Sequence record: DRR723986_10485
DNA: 33,950 nt
Strand: one strand, 5' to 3'
The notes under the pieces were generated by a model. The model saw nothing but the letters and a program-made list of their open reading frames with translations. It searched no databases and was not told the DNA's origin. This document shows, piece after piece, positions 1 through 9,985 of the stretch (position 1 is the stretch's first letter; the number at the start of each line of letters is the position of its first letter). Both the position numbers and the translations under genes were made by a program.

Positions 1-130
1 ATTTGAATCCTGAATGTCGATTGAACCTAGGGCGTTTTAGGTCATTGGTCTTATGTGACCAGACCGACGGCTAAGAGCCACTAACTTACTTTCAGGAAGT
101 GGCGATCACGTCGACAACTCCCTCTCCCGC

Positions 131-159
131 TTGCTCTTCTACCCCCTCAGGCATAGGGT
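131..159 (+). promoter_or_regulatory. putative sigma70 promoter of threonine dehydratase gene
   Basis: TTGCTC(131-136)-N17-TAGGGT(154-159), about 30 nt upstream of ATG 191. Confidence 0.4.
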
Positions 160-190
160 GCGCGCGCTTTAACCCCGAGGACCTGAAACC

Positions 191-1417
191 ATGGCCGATA
201 CGCAGCGCACGCGCCTTCCCGTCAGACTGGATGATGTGAAAGCCGCGGCCAAGATTATTGCAGGCCAGGTCGAACGGACGCCGTTCCGGCATTCGAAAAC
301 GTTGTCGGATATCACCGGCGCAGAAGTGTGGGTGAAGTTCGAGAACCACCAGTACACCGCCGCCTTCAAGGAGCGCGGCGCGCTGAACCGGCTGTCGTCC
401 CTGTCCGACGAACAGAAGAAGGTGGGCGTCATCGCGGCCTCTGCCGGCAATCACAGCCAGGGCGTCGCCTATCACGCCAAGCGCCTCGGCATTCCGGCCA
501 CCATCGTGATGCCGGAAACGACGCCTTTCACGAAGGTCGAGCAGACCCGGTCGCACGGCTGCCGCGTCCTGCTGAAGGGCCTGAACTTCGATGAGGCCAA
601 GGCCGAAGCCTATAATGTGCAGCAGCGCGAAGGGCTGACCTTCATCCACCCGTTCGACGACCCGCACATCATCGCGGGGCAGGGCACGGTCGCGCTGGAA
701 ATGCTGGAAGACAAGCCGGACCTCGACATGCTGGTCATCCCGATCGGCGGCGGCGGGCTGGTCGCCGGGTCTGCCGTGGCGGCCCGCGGGCTCAATCCGG
801 AGATCAGCGTCATCGGCGTCGAGGCGGCGATGTATCCGGCGATGAAGCAGGAACTCGCGGGCGAGCCCGTTCATGTCGGCGGCTCGACCATCGCCGAGGG
901 CATTGCCGTCAAGGATGTCGGCCGGATGCCGCTCGAGATCGCGCGCCAGCTGGTGGACGATATCGTCCTCGTGGAGGAAGCGCACCTCGAACGGGCGATC
1001 ACGCTCTATGTCGAGGTCGAGAAGACCATTGCCGAAGGCGCAGGCGCCGCAGGGCTTGCCGCGCTACTGGCCCATCCGGCGCGTTTCAGTGGCCACAAAG
1101 TTGGAGTTATTCTGTGCGGCGGGAACATCGACACGCGGTTGCTCGCCTCGGTGCTGACCCGGGCCCTGGTGCGCGAGAACCGGCTGGCCCGTATCCGTAT
1201 CATCGGCGACGACCGGCCGGGCCTGCTGGCGCTGGTCTCCAAGATCATCGGCGATGCCGGGGCCAATATCATGGAAGTTGCGCACAATCGCATCGCGCTG
1301 GACGTGCCGGCCAAGGGCGCGGAGTTCGACATCCTGATCGAGACCCGTGACAGCCAGCACACGCAGGAAGTGGTCGAAGCGCTGACCCTGGCCGGCTACC
1401 CGCCGCGCAGCATGTGA
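191..1417 (+). CDS. ilvA: threonine ammonia-lyase (PLP) with C-terminal ACT domain
   Basis: Motifs KFENHQYTAAFKERGA (PLP Lys), SAGNH, PIGGGGL, CGGNID; ACT-like C-terminus DRPGLLA; RBS GAGGA upstream. Confidence 0.9.
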   Translation: MADTQRTRLPVRLDDVKAAAKIIAGQVERTPFRHSKTLSDITGAEVWVKFENHQYTAAFKERGALNRLSSLSDEQKKVGVIAASAGNHSQGVAYHAKRLGIPATIVMPETTPFTKVEQTRSHGCRVLLKGLNFDEAKAEAYNVQQREGLTFIHPFDDPHIIAGQGTVALEMLEDKPDLDMLVIPIGGGGLVAGSAVAARGLNPEISVIGVEAAMYPAMKQELAGEPVHVGGSTIAEGIAVKDVGRMPLEIARQLVDDIVLVEEAHLERAITLYVEVEKTIAEGAGAAGLAALLAHPARFSGHKVGVILCGGNIDTRLLASVLTRALVRENRLARIRIIGDDRPGLLALVSKIIGDAGANIMEVAHNRIALDVPAKGAEFDILIETRDSQHTQEVVEALTLAGYPPRSM

Positions 1418-1512
1418 CATCTGTAATGTTAGAGGCTGGCCGGGGCGGGTGACTTCGCCTCGGAAGCGGCCTAGACCCGGATCCAAACTGAAAGCCTGAA
1501 CGGAGCCTCCAG

Positions 1513-2397
1513 ATGAAGCGCATCCTCGCTGTTGCCGCCAGTGCGGCCTTTGCCCTGATTGCTGCCTGCAGTGGCGGCAGCAAGGCACCGACCGATGTCG
1601 ACACCGTGTTTGAACGGCACCTGCCATGGAACCCGGATGCCAAGGGCGTCCAGACCGACGAGTCCGGCCTGCAATGGATCGTGATCCGGGAAGGGGACAG
1701 CAAGGGCGCGAGCCCGGGCGTCAGCGACCTGGTGCGCGTGAACTATGAAGGCCGCACGGCAAATGGCGACAAGTTCGACTCCTCTTTCGATCGCGGCCAG
1801 CCGGCCATGTTCCGCCTGAACCAGGTGATCCCCGGCTGGACCATCGGCCTGCAGAAGATGCACGAGGGCGACCAGTACCTGTTCTACGTCCCGAACAAGC
1901 TGGCCTATGGCAATTCGGACCGGGGTGCGGTGATCAAGGCCGGTGACGATCTGGTCTTCCTGGTGGATCTCGTCGACCTGATGGAGCCGAAATCCGTCGA
2001 TACGGCCGCCTGGGAAAAGTACACGCCGTGGGATCATGATGCTCCGGACGTGAAGAAGACCGGCTCCGGCCTCGAATATGTCGTTCTGGCCAGCGGGGAC
2101 GAAGGCGGCGCCAGCCCGGTGAACGGGCAGGAAGTCGTCGTCTATTATGAAGGCCGTCTCGCCGAGACAGGCGAAATGTTCGACAGCGCCTTCCAGCGCG
2201 GCGCGCCGGAAGTCTTCCCGTCCAACCGCCTGATCCGCGGCTGGGTCGAGGCGCTTTCGATGATGAAGCCCGGCGACCGCTGGCTGCTCTATATCCCGTC
2301 AGACCTCGCCTATGGCAAGAAAGGCACGCCGGGCGGCCCGATCCCGCCGGATTCCGATCTCGTCTTCGAGGTTGAACTTGCAGACGTGCTGAACTGA
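1513..2397 (+). CDS. FKBP-type peptidyl-prolyl isomerase, two FKBP domains, predicted lipoprotein
   Basis: Lipobox LIAAC; domain 1 VNYEG..FDSS..VIPGW..LAYG; domain 2 VYYEG..FDSA..LIRGW..LAYG..IPP..LVFEVEL; RBS GGAG. Confidence 0.92.
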   Translation: MKRILAVAASAAFALIAACSGGSKAPTDVDTVFERHLPWNPDAKGVQTDESGLQWIVIREGDSKGASPGVSDLVRVNYEGRTANGDKFDSSFDRGQPAMFRLNQVIPGWTIGLQKMHEGDQYLFYVPNKLAYGNSDRGAVIKAGDDLVFLVDLVDLMEPKSVDTAAWEKYTPWDHDAPDVKKTGSGLEYVVLASGDEGGASPVNGQEVVVYYEGRLAETGEMFDSAFQRGAPEVFPSNRLIRGWVEALSMMKPGDRWLLYIPSDLAYGKKGTPGGPIPPDSDLVFEVELADVLN

Positions 2398-2400
2398 GCC

Positions 2401-4023
2401 TCACAGAGGGTCGGGGTCGATTGGTGGGGAGTCTTCCACCATCATCGGCGGCAGGTTTGGCTCCGGCTCCTCCACATCTGCCCGGAAGAAGATGGGCAGG
2501 CGGACGGATGTCTGGAACCAGGGCTGCTGCTGGCTGGCGGTGGCGGCGGTCACGTCGCCGCTGACCTGCAGCATCACCTTGTTGATATCGATCCGGTCGG
2601 GCGAGAGGATGCGGCTGGCGAATGCGTCGGCGAAGATGGAGGGGCCGGTTGCATCCGGCCGTGTGGTGCCGGGCTCGTCGGCATAGGCGATCACGACATT
2701 GGCGTCTGAGGTATAGTCGGCAAAGCCGGGCTCCAGTCCCTTGGTTTCCATGGGCGAGTCATATTTGCGGCCGCAATCCACCATCAGGATCACGGCTTGC
2801 GCCTCGGAGGCTTCGAGGATTTCGACCGCGTCCTGCAGTTTTGCGCCCCGCTCGATCACTTCGCTTTCGTTGCGGGGCAGGGGACCGTTCGGGATCAGGT
2901 AATTGTCTTCCCCGAACAGGGAAGCTCCGTATCCGGCGAAATAGACCACACCCACGCTGGCAGGGCCGGCAGCGTTGAGCGCGTTCTGCAACATGGTGAG
3001 TCCGTTCTGGAAGCCTTCAAGGTCTGCATTCCGGATATGGTGCACCGCATAGCCGCTCTCGCCGAGAGCGCTGGCAACTTTCACGCCGTCGGCATGTGTG
3101 TTCGGCAGGGCGTAGTCTCCGCTTCCGGCATAGTCATTGGAGAAGACGAGCGCTACGCGCAGCGGGTTCTGGCTGACCGGCGACATGGGCGCTCCCGGCG
3201 CACGACTCCACGAACCAATCTTGATGTCACTGGACCGGCGCTGCAGGCGGGACAAATTCATCGGCTCCTGCCGCTGCAGCGTCATTTCCAGCACGTCGAG
3301 GCGCACATTTTCGAACATGTCACGCACGGTGACGGCGGGCTCCAGCAGCCGGGTGCCGAGCGCCTTAGCATAGGGGCCGTTGTTGTCATCGGCGCGGCCG
3401 TCGCTCGCCGTTTCGCCCTCCCAAGTGGCGAAGGAAATGAACATGTTGCGCTCTTCCGCGCTGCCGGCCGTCCGGCGCAAGCCCCGGAAGGATTCGCCGC
3501 CGCCAAGGGCGCGTTCAGCTTCCGGCAGTTTCAGTACATTGCGGCAGGCATCGATGGAGAGGACAGTCGGGCCCGGACAGTTCGTCAGCTTGCCCATCAC
3601 CCAGTCGAGCCGGACAGAATCGTCCCACAGCGCTTCGTCCAGCACGGCGGCGTCTTCGACCGGAATCAGGAAATTGCCCTCGCCTTCGCGGGCAGCGCCA
3701 TGGCCGGAATAATAAACAAAGCCGGTGGCCTCCGGCCCGCTGGCCTGCATCGCGTCGACATAGGCACGGAACGCAGACATCATCTCGGACCGGCCGGCAT
3801 CCTTCACCACATCGCCCGTAACCAGTGAGAAGCCACACTCAATAATACCTTCGGCTACGAGATGCGCGTCCCGGACCGGATTGGCCAGCGTCCCGATGCC
3901 TTCGGAATAGGCCGCATTACCGATGACCAACGCGTGGCGCGGTTTGCTGGTGTCTTGCGCCCGGCCGGGCCAGGGCATGGCGGCGGCGCCTCCAAGCAGC
4001 AGCATGTGCCGGCGTGAAATCAT
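2401..4023 (-). CDS. caspase-family (peptidase C14) protein, two tandem caspase-like domains, Tat signal
   Basis: N-terminal SRRHMLL and GRA/QD; ALVIGNAAY..LANPVRDA..YYSGHG..DACRN..QEP; second copy ALVFSNDY..LPNTHADG..YFAGYG..DCGR..QQPW; RBS AAGGA. Confidence 0.85.
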   Translation of the reverse strand: MISRRHMLLLGGAAAMPWPGRAQDTSKPRHALVIGNAAYSEGIGTLANPVRDAHLVAEGIIECGFSLVTGDVVKDAGRSEMMSAFRAYVDAMQASGPEATGFVYYSGHGAAREGEGNFLIPVEDAAVLDEALWDDSVRLDWVMGKLTNCPGPTVLSIDACRNVLKLPEAERALGGGESFRGLRRTAGSAEERNMFISFATWEGETASDGRADDNNGPYAKALGTRLLEPAVTVRDMFENVRLDVLEMTLQRQEPMNLSRLQRRSSDIKIGSWSRAPGAPMSPVSQNPLRVALVFSNDYAGSGDYALPNTHADGVKVASALGESGYAVHHIRNADLEGFQNGLTMLQNALNAAGPASVGVVYFAGYGASLFGEDNYLIPNGPLPRNESEVIERGAKLQDAVEILEASEAQAVILMVDCGRKYDSPMETKGLEPGFADYTSDANVVIAYADEPGTTRPDATGPSIFADAFASRILSPDRIDINKVMLQVSGDVTAATASQQQPWFQTSVRLPIFFRADVEEPEPNLPPMMVEDSPPIDPDPL

Positions 4024-4158
4024 GTCCTTACTCCACCCGTTTCACGAAGGTTAATGGTCTCGTAGAGGCGCGCGCCAGTCAATGACAACCGCTGCGCTCT
4101 TGCCTACAGCAACCCGGCCTGACAGGAAGGGCGCCGGATTTCCATCGGGAGGACAGGT

Positions 4159-4947
4159 GTGGCGATTACAGGTGACACGCTGGCGCGGATTGCGCTGGAT
4201 GCGGGCAAGCTGATCATGGAAATCTATGACGGCGACTTCGACTTTGCAAAAAAAGGCGACGATTCCCCGGTCACCCTCGCCGACGAAAAGGCTGAGGCGC
4301 TGATCCTGAAAGCGCTGGCCGAGGCCGACCCGGACCTGAAAGTCATCGCCGAAGAAGCCATGGCCGCCGGTCAGATGCCGGTGCATGGCACCCGGTTCGC
4401 GCTGGTCGACCCGCTGGATGGTACCAAGGAATTCATCAACAAGAATGGCGAGTTCACCGTGAACATCGCCATTATCGAGCATGGCCGACCCGTGATGGGG
4501 GTCGTCTATGCGCCAGCCCTGTCGCGCCTGTTCGTGGCGGACGCCTACAATTCCGCCTGGCAGGCCGAGGCGGCGCCCGGCGCGGACGTGCCGGCTGAGC
4601 GCACCCCGCTGCGCATCCGCAAGGCGCCGGAAGCGGGCGTTACCGCGGTTGCCTCAAAATCGCACCGCACGCCGGAAACCGATGCCTATCTGGAAAAGTA
4701 CACCGTCGCTGACATCAAGGGGGCAGGCTCGTCCCTGAAATTCTGCCTGATCGCCGCGGGTGAGGCGGATCTTTATCCGCGCATGGGCCGGACGATGGAA
4801 TGGGACACCGCCGCCGGGCAGGCAGTCGTGGAGGCGGCGGGCGGCCGCGTGCTGACGGAGGAGGGCGCGCCGCTCCTCTATGGCAAGCGCGAACGCGGCT
4901 ATGATAATCCGTATTTTATTGTGTATGGCGGCGTGTCCCCGGTCTGA
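4159..4947 (+). CDS. cysQ: 3'(2'),5'-bisphosphate nucleotidase CysQ
   Basis: SPVTLAD, DPLDGTKEF..GEFTVNIA, GSSLKFC, YPR..TMEWDTAAG; GTG start after GGAGG. Confidence 0.93.
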   Translation: MAITGDTLARIALDAGKLIMEIYDGDFDFAKKGDDSPVTLADEKAEALILKALAEADPDLKVIAEEAMAAGQMPVHGTRFALVDPLDGTKEFINKNGEFTVNIAIIEHGRPVMGVVYAPALSRLFVADAYNSAWQAEAAPGADVPAERTPLRIRKAPEAGVTAVASKSHRTPETDAYLEKYTVADIKGAGSSLKFCLIAAGEADLYPRMGRTMEWDTAAGQAVVEAAGGRVLTEEGAPLLYGKRERGYDNPYFIVYGGVSPV

Positions 4948-5019
4948 CATAGTCCTGCCACGATCCGGTATCGTTTTCTCCAGCTTTTCCTGCGACCTGT
5001 TCTGTCAGGGAGTATCATC

Positions 5020-6360
5020 ATGGCACGTCAGTTCTTCGGCACGGATGGAATCCGCGGCCGCGTAAACCAGAAGCCCATGACCGTTGAGACGGCGTTGCGC
5101 CTGTCCATCGCGGCGGCGCGCACCTTTGCGCCCGACGGCGGTCGGGACGTAATCATTGGCCGGGACACGCGCCGTTCTGGTGAGATGATCGAAGCGGCCA
5201 TCGTGGCTGGGCTCAGCAGCATGGGCCTGACACCCGTTTGCGTCGGCGTCGTTCCGACCCCGGCGGTGGCCCTGCTGACGCGGGAAACCGGCGCGGCCTT
5301 CGGCGTGATGGTGACCGCCTCGCACAACAAGTTCCAGGACAACGGCCTGAAGCTGTTCTCGCCGGAGGGCGTGAAGTTCACCGACGAGGTTGAGGAAAAG
5401 CTCGAGACCGAGATGTTCGACGCCTTCGAAGGCAGCTATGCCGCCCCCACGGAAGTGGCAAAGCCCCGTCAGATGGAAGAAGGCGTGCGCCGTTATGTCG
5501 AACGATGCCTGGAGGCGGTTGAGGCGGACACGGACTTTTCAAAGCTGAACGTCGTACTGGATTGCGCGAATGGTGCCGCCTACCGGGCAGGGCCGGACGC
5601 GCTGCGAAAGCTTGGCTGCAATGTCACCGTCATGGGCGTGTCGCCCGATGGGGTGAACATCAATGCCGGGGTCGGGTCGACCGACACAAAGGCCCTGACG
5701 AAAGCCGTGCTGGACAGCAAGGCTGATGTCGGGATCGCCTTCGACGGCGATGCCGACCGGCTGATCGTGATCGACGAGCTGGGCGAGGAACTCGATGGCG
5801 ACCAGGTCATGGCGCTGATCGCGACCGAATTGTTCCACACCGGGCGCCTCAAGGGCGGCGGCATGGTGGCGACCGTCATGTCGAATATGGGGCTGGCGGA
5901 GTATCTGAAAGGCTTTGGCCTGACACTGGCGCGCACCAGGGTGGGCGACCGCTATGTTGGCGAGCACATGCGCGCGCACGGCTTCAATCTCGGCGGAGAA
6001 CAGTCCGGCCATATCATCCTGTCGGATGTTTCGACCACGGGCGATGGCCTGCTGGCGGCGCTGCAGGTGCTGAAAGTGCTGGCGCGCACGGGCAAGAAGG
6101 CTTCCGTGGTCGGACGGGTGTTCGAGCCAGCGCCGCAGGAACTGGTCAACATCCGGTATGCTGGCACCAACCCGCTGGAGACCGAGCGGGTGAAGTCTGC
6201 CATCGCGCGCGCTGAAGCCACGATGGGGGAGCGGGGGCGCCTCGTTGTCCGCAAGTCTGGCACCGAGGCGCTGATCCGCGTCATGGCCGAGGCGCTGGAA
6301 GAAGCGATGATGAAGCAGGCGCTGGGCGAAGTGGTGGAGGCCGTCGAGGCCGAAGCCTGA
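5020..6360 (+). CDS. glmM: phosphoglucosamine mutase
   Basis: FGTDGIRG, TASHN, DNGLK, DGDADR, GGEQSGH, RKSGTE motifs. Confidence 0.95.
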   Translation: MARQFFGTDGIRGRVNQKPMTVETALRLSIAAARTFAPDGGRDVIIGRDTRRSGEMIEAAIVAGLSSMGLTPVCVGVVPTPAVALLTRETGAAFGVMVTASHNKFQDNGLKLFSPEGVKFTDEVEEKLETEMFDAFEGSYAAPTEVAKPRQMEEGVRRYVERCLEAVEADTDFSKLNVVLDCANGAAYRAGPDALRKLGCNVTVMGVSPDGVNINAGVGSTDTKALTKAVLDSKADVGIAFDGDADRLIVIDELGEELDGDQVMALIATELFHTGRLKGGGMVATVMSNMGLAEYLKGFGLTLARTRVGDRYVGEHMRAHGFNLGGEQSGHIILSDVSTTGDGLLAALQVLKVLARTGKKASVVGRVFEPAPQELVNIRYAGTNPLETERVKSAIARAEATMGERGRLVVRKSGTEALIRVMAEALEEAMMKQALGEVVEAVEAEA

Positions 6361-6494
6361 TTGCCGCCTCTGATTAACGCAAGGGATTGCCCCTTGGTCA
6401 TGCCCGTCCGCCTTTCGTTGGGGAACGAATTGCCTCTCTGACCTGATCGCCTATCATCCGGCGAAACGATAACTGGTTCTGGGAGAAACACCGC

Positions 6495-8354
6495 ATGGCC
6501 GATGCGACCGAGCTGCCGCCCTTCCGCCCGCTGCCGCAGAAGACACCCGATGTCGAGATGCGCACCGCGCCGGGTGGGGTCCGTTACATTTCCGCCCGCC
6601 AGGCACCGGGCCTGCGCCCGCGGACCATTCCGCATTGTCTGGATGAGCGCGCCGCTGAACATCCTGACCGGCCGTTCCTGAAAGAGCGTGACCCTGAAAC
6701 CGATGAATGGGTGACCGTCACCTATGGCGAGGCGGCCCGTATCACCGATGGCCTCGCGCAGGCTTTCCTCAACATGGGGGCAGGGCCCGATGCGCCGGTG
6801 ATGATCTTGTCCGGGAACTCGATCCGGTCGGCCATGGTGATCCTTGCCGCGCAGAAAATCGGCGCACCGGCCGCGCCGATTTCGGTGCCATACTCGACCA
6901 TGTCCACGGATTTCGAGAAGCTGAAGCACTGCTTCGACGCCGTGAACCCGAAAGTGATTTTCGCCGAGACGCTGGCGCCGTTCAAGAACGCCATTGCGGC
7001 GCTGGACTGCGATGACTGCAAGGTCTTTTCCGCTGATGCGGGCGGGGACAATACGGTCCTGTCCTATGACGAACTGGCGGCGACCGAGCCGACGGTCGCC
7101 GTACGCGAAGCCCGCGACCAGCTGACTGATTCCAGCATCGGCAAGTATCTCTTCACCTCCGGTTCGACCGGCATGCCGAAGCCGGTGCCGACGACACAGG
7201 GCGCGATGTGCTCCATGATCGCGGGGCAAGAGGGGCTCCGGGATATGTCCCGTGATCCCGACCATGATCCGGACGCGGTCGAAAACCTGCTCGACTGGCT
7301 GCCCTGGAACCATATCTCCGGCTCCAATGTGAACTTCAATGGCGCGCTGTGGAACGGCTCGACCTTCTGGATCGACGGCGGCAAGCCGACGCCAGCCCTG
7401 TTCCACGAGACAATCCGCAATGTGCGCGAGTGCTCGCCGTCCGTGTTCGGTACGGCCCCGATAGCGCTCGCCATGCTGGCCGAGGCAATGGAAGCCGATG
7501 ATGACCTGCTGATGGCCTTCTTCAAGAATATGCGTTCGATCGGCTATGGTGGGGCGACCCTGTCGGACGATCTTTATGACCGCCTGCAGGCGCTGGCGAT
7601 CAAGGCGACCGGCAAGCGCATTCCGATCATCACCATGTATGGCGCAACCGAAACACAGGGCATCACCGTGGTGCACTGGGAGGCCGAGCGCGTGGGTCTG
7701 ATCGGCCTGCCGCTGCCAGGATCGGAACTGAAACTCGTACCGAACGGCGACAAGCTGGAAGTGCGGGTCAAAGGCCCGTCCGTCATGCCGGGCTATCACA
7801 ATGATCCGAAGAAGAACGCCGAAGTGTTCGACGAGGAAGGTTATTACTGCCTCGGCGATGCGGTGAAGTTCGTCGATGAGGAAGACCCCAACAAGGGCCT
7901 GATCTTTGACGGCCGGGTCGGGGAGGACTTCAAGCTTTCCTCAGGCACCTGGGTCAGTGTCGGGACGCTGCGTCCCGACTATGTGGCGGCCTGTTCGCCG
8001 CTGATTTTCGATGCCGTGATCTGCGGGCAGGACAAGGATGTGATCGGTGTACTGGTCTGGCCGTCCCCGGCCGGGATGGAGCAGCTGGTCAAGGAGAACA
8101 ATGGTGACATGATGGCAGCCTTCTGTGTACTGACCGAACGGCTGGCGAAAAAGACCGCGGCCTTCAATGCGGGCGAGCCGGGCTCGTCCCGCCGGATCCG
8201 CCGGGTCATGATCATGACCGAGCCGCCGAGTGTCGATGCGGGAGAGATCACCGACAAGGGCTATGTGAACCAGCGCCTCGTGCAGGCCCGCCGGTCAGAT
8301 CTGGTTGCGGCATTGTTCGCCAATCCGCCGGGGCAGGGCGTCATTTCGCTCTGA
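6495..8354 (+). CDS. feruloyl-CoA synthetase-like acyl-CoA ligase (AMP-binding)
   Basis: FTSGSTGMPK, DWLPWNH, IDGGKP, YGATET, FDGRVGEDFKLSSGTWVSVG, GEITDKGYVNQR, typical of the Fcs clade; substrate not inferable. Confidence 0.85.
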   Translation: MADATELPPFRPLPQKTPDVEMRTAPGGVRYISARQAPGLRPRTIPHCLDERAAEHPDRPFLKERDPETDEWVTVTYGEAARITDGLAQAFLNMGAGPDAPVMILSGNSIRSAMVILAAQKIGAPAAPISVPYSTMSTDFEKLKHCFDAVNPKVIFAETLAPFKNAIAALDCDDCKVFSADAGGDNTVLSYDELAATEPTVAVREARDQLTDSSIGKYLFTSGSTGMPKPVPTTQGAMCSMIAGQEGLRDMSRDPDHDPDAVENLLDWLPWNHISGSNVNFNGALWNGSTFWIDGGKPTPALFHETIRNVRECSPSVFGTAPIALAMLAEAMEADDDLLMAFFKNMRSIGYGGATLSDDLYDRLQALAIKATGKRIPIITMYGATETQGITVVHWEAERVGLIGLPLPGSELKLVPNGDKLEVRVKGPSVMPGYHNDPKKNAEVFDEEGYYCLGDAVKFVDEEDPNKGLIFDGRVGEDFKLSSGTWVSVGTLRPDYVAACSPLIFDAVICGQDKDVIGVLVWPSPAGMEQLVKENNGDMMAAFCVLTERLAKKTAAFNAGEPGSSRRIRRVMIMTEPPSVDAGEITDKGYVNQRLVQARRSDLVAALFANPPGQGVISL

Positions 8355-8436
8355 GAAAGGTGGAAAGTCTGCACGCTTAAGTCGTTGGAAGGCTTTTCTC
8401 CGTATCACTCGACTCGGATTTTCGTGGGGAGAGATC

Positions 8437-9327
8437 ATGACCTTCGACGCGCGCAAGGCAAACACTGCGTCTGCGTCCGGCCAGCAGAATGCGCTGTTCG
8501 CATTACTAACTCTCGTTGTCGTGTGCGGCGCGTTCTTCGCCGTGCTCAGCCTGCCGCACAAGGCTGCGGGCAAGGACACGCCGCTTGGTGACCGGGTCTC
8601 GTCGGTTACGATCGACATGCCGAAGCTGCCAGGTGAGGCAGCCGAGGCGTATTTTATCGCTCTCGGCAAGGTGGACCCTGAGGCCCAGATGGCGCTTTCC
8701 GGCAAAATCTCCAGTGCGGGTAAGCTGGATGACGAAACGGTCACCACGCTTGTCATGGCCCATGCCGAGACCGTATTGCGAGACCATGCCGGTGACCTGG
8801 CGAACGCCGACACGAAACACCTCGACGACATTCTGGACATGACGCGAGACCGCCTGCGCACCGCGTCGCGCAAGCGCAGCAAATGGTGCGATGCAAGCCG
8901 GTATTCCGACCTTGCCGACATGGAGTTCAAGCAGCCGGCCGACTTCGAGCGGTCGATGGCGGAGTTCAAGGCCCCGCTCAGGGACTATTCCTATGAGGTG
9001 ATGACTGGCCTGATGGTTGCTATCAAGGATGCGCGCGAACATCCGGTGACACGCGGTGAGATGACCCGTGCCGACGAGGCCGCCCTGCAAGGCATGGTCA
9101 TGTCCATCATGGCCGATCCGGATGTCCTGCCCCTCATGGTGTCGCTACAGTCCGGCGAGGATGCAAAGAAGGCTCTGAAGGGCGTGAATGTCTGCAATCT
9201 CGGCGCAACGGCGGTGACGGCGGCGAAAACCCTGCCGCAGGAAACCAAAGGCCGCCTCCTTGCGGAAGCGGCCCGGCAATTGGAAGAAAACGGCGCGTCG
9301 GCCTTCCGGACCGGCGTCGGCTTCTGA
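8437..9327 (+). CDS. hypothetical protein with N-terminal transmembrane anchor
   Basis: ATG 8437 after GGGGAGAG; hydrophobic ALFALLTLVVVCGAFFAVLSL followed by a helical-looking soluble region; native codon style. Confidence 0.7.
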   Translation: MTFDARKANTASASGQQNALFALLTLVVVCGAFFAVLSLPHKAAGKDTPLGDRVSSVTIDMPKLPGEAAEAYFIALGKVDPEAQMALSGKISSAGKLDDETVTTLVMAHAETVLRDHAGDLANADTKHLDDILDMTRDRLRTASRKRSKWCDASRYSDLADMEFKQPADFERSMAEFKAPLRDYSYEVMTGLMVAIKDAREHPVTRGEMTRADEAALQGMVMSIMADPDVLPLMVSLQSGEDAKKALKGVNVCNLGATAVTAAKTLPQETKGRLLAEAARQLEENGASAFRTGVGF

Positions 9328-9331
9328 GGCG

Positions 9332-9979
9332 TCAGTCCTTTCGGGCGACGCCCGCTTCGCCGAGGCGCCATTCCAGCAGGTCGATCCGGTCCTGGCCGAA
9401 GAAGGCCTCACCTTCGAACACCATGAGCGGCACGCCCCAATGGTGCGGGTCCTGTTCGGCCTGGCTTTCAGCGATGACGGCCTCCAGCCGGTCTTTCTCG
9501 GCTTCCTGGCGGGCATCCATCTCGTCGAGATCGAAGCCGGCGCGGGCGGCCGCCTCCTTCAGGGCCGTGCCCTCGGTCCAGGCGCCGCCGGACCAGATCA
9601 GGGTGGAGACCTCGTCCATGAAGGCCCAGCCTTCTTCGTCGCCTTTCTCGCAGGCGAGGATACCGAGCCGGGTGAGCCGGCCGATATAGGGCTGCTCGGG
9701 TGAGATCTCGCGTGTCATCATGTTCATGACCACAGGATCCGGGTTCAGTGGGCCGATGGGCAGGCCAAGATACTGCGCGTTCCTGACGAAATCGCGAAGC
9801 AGATAAGGCACCCATTGGGGGCGAACTTCCTCGAAGAAATGGGGCGTGCGAATCGCAATCGGATAGACCGGACGCGGGCGAACACGCACATCCCACTTTG
9901 AGGGGAGGGCGCGGAGGCGCTTCGTTGCCAGATAGGAATAAGGCGAGCGGAACGACCAGAAGACATCGACAGTTCTCAT
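9332..9979 (-). CDS. 2-hydroxychromene-2-carboxylate isomerase / kappa-class GST (DsbA-like fold)
   Basis: FWSFRSPYSYL N-terminal motif; WGVPLMVFEGEAFFGQDR C-terminal motif. Confidence 0.88.
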   Translation of the reverse strand: MRTVDVFWSFRSPYSYLATKRLRALPSKWDVRVRPRPVYPIAIRTPHFFEEVRPQWVPYLLRDFVRNAQYLGLPIGPLNPDPVVMNMMTREISPEQPYIGRLTRLGILACEKGDEEGWAFMDEVSTLIWSGGAWTEGTALKEAAARAGFDLDEMDARQEAEKDRLEAVIAESQAEQDPHHWGVPLMVFEGEAFFGQDRIDLLEWRLGEAGVARKD

Positions 9980-9985
9980 GCCAAT

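Noticed and set aside
1..95. Lower-GC stretch with an open frame ending TAA at 74
   Set aside because: Too short and truncated to call as a gene end or island boundary
5952..7799. 615-aa antisense ORF and similar long shadow ORFs (15510-16991, 14322-15374, 21745-22836, 26029-27054, 2797-3828)
   Set aside because: Opposite well-supported genes with no motifs; expected from high-GC codon bias
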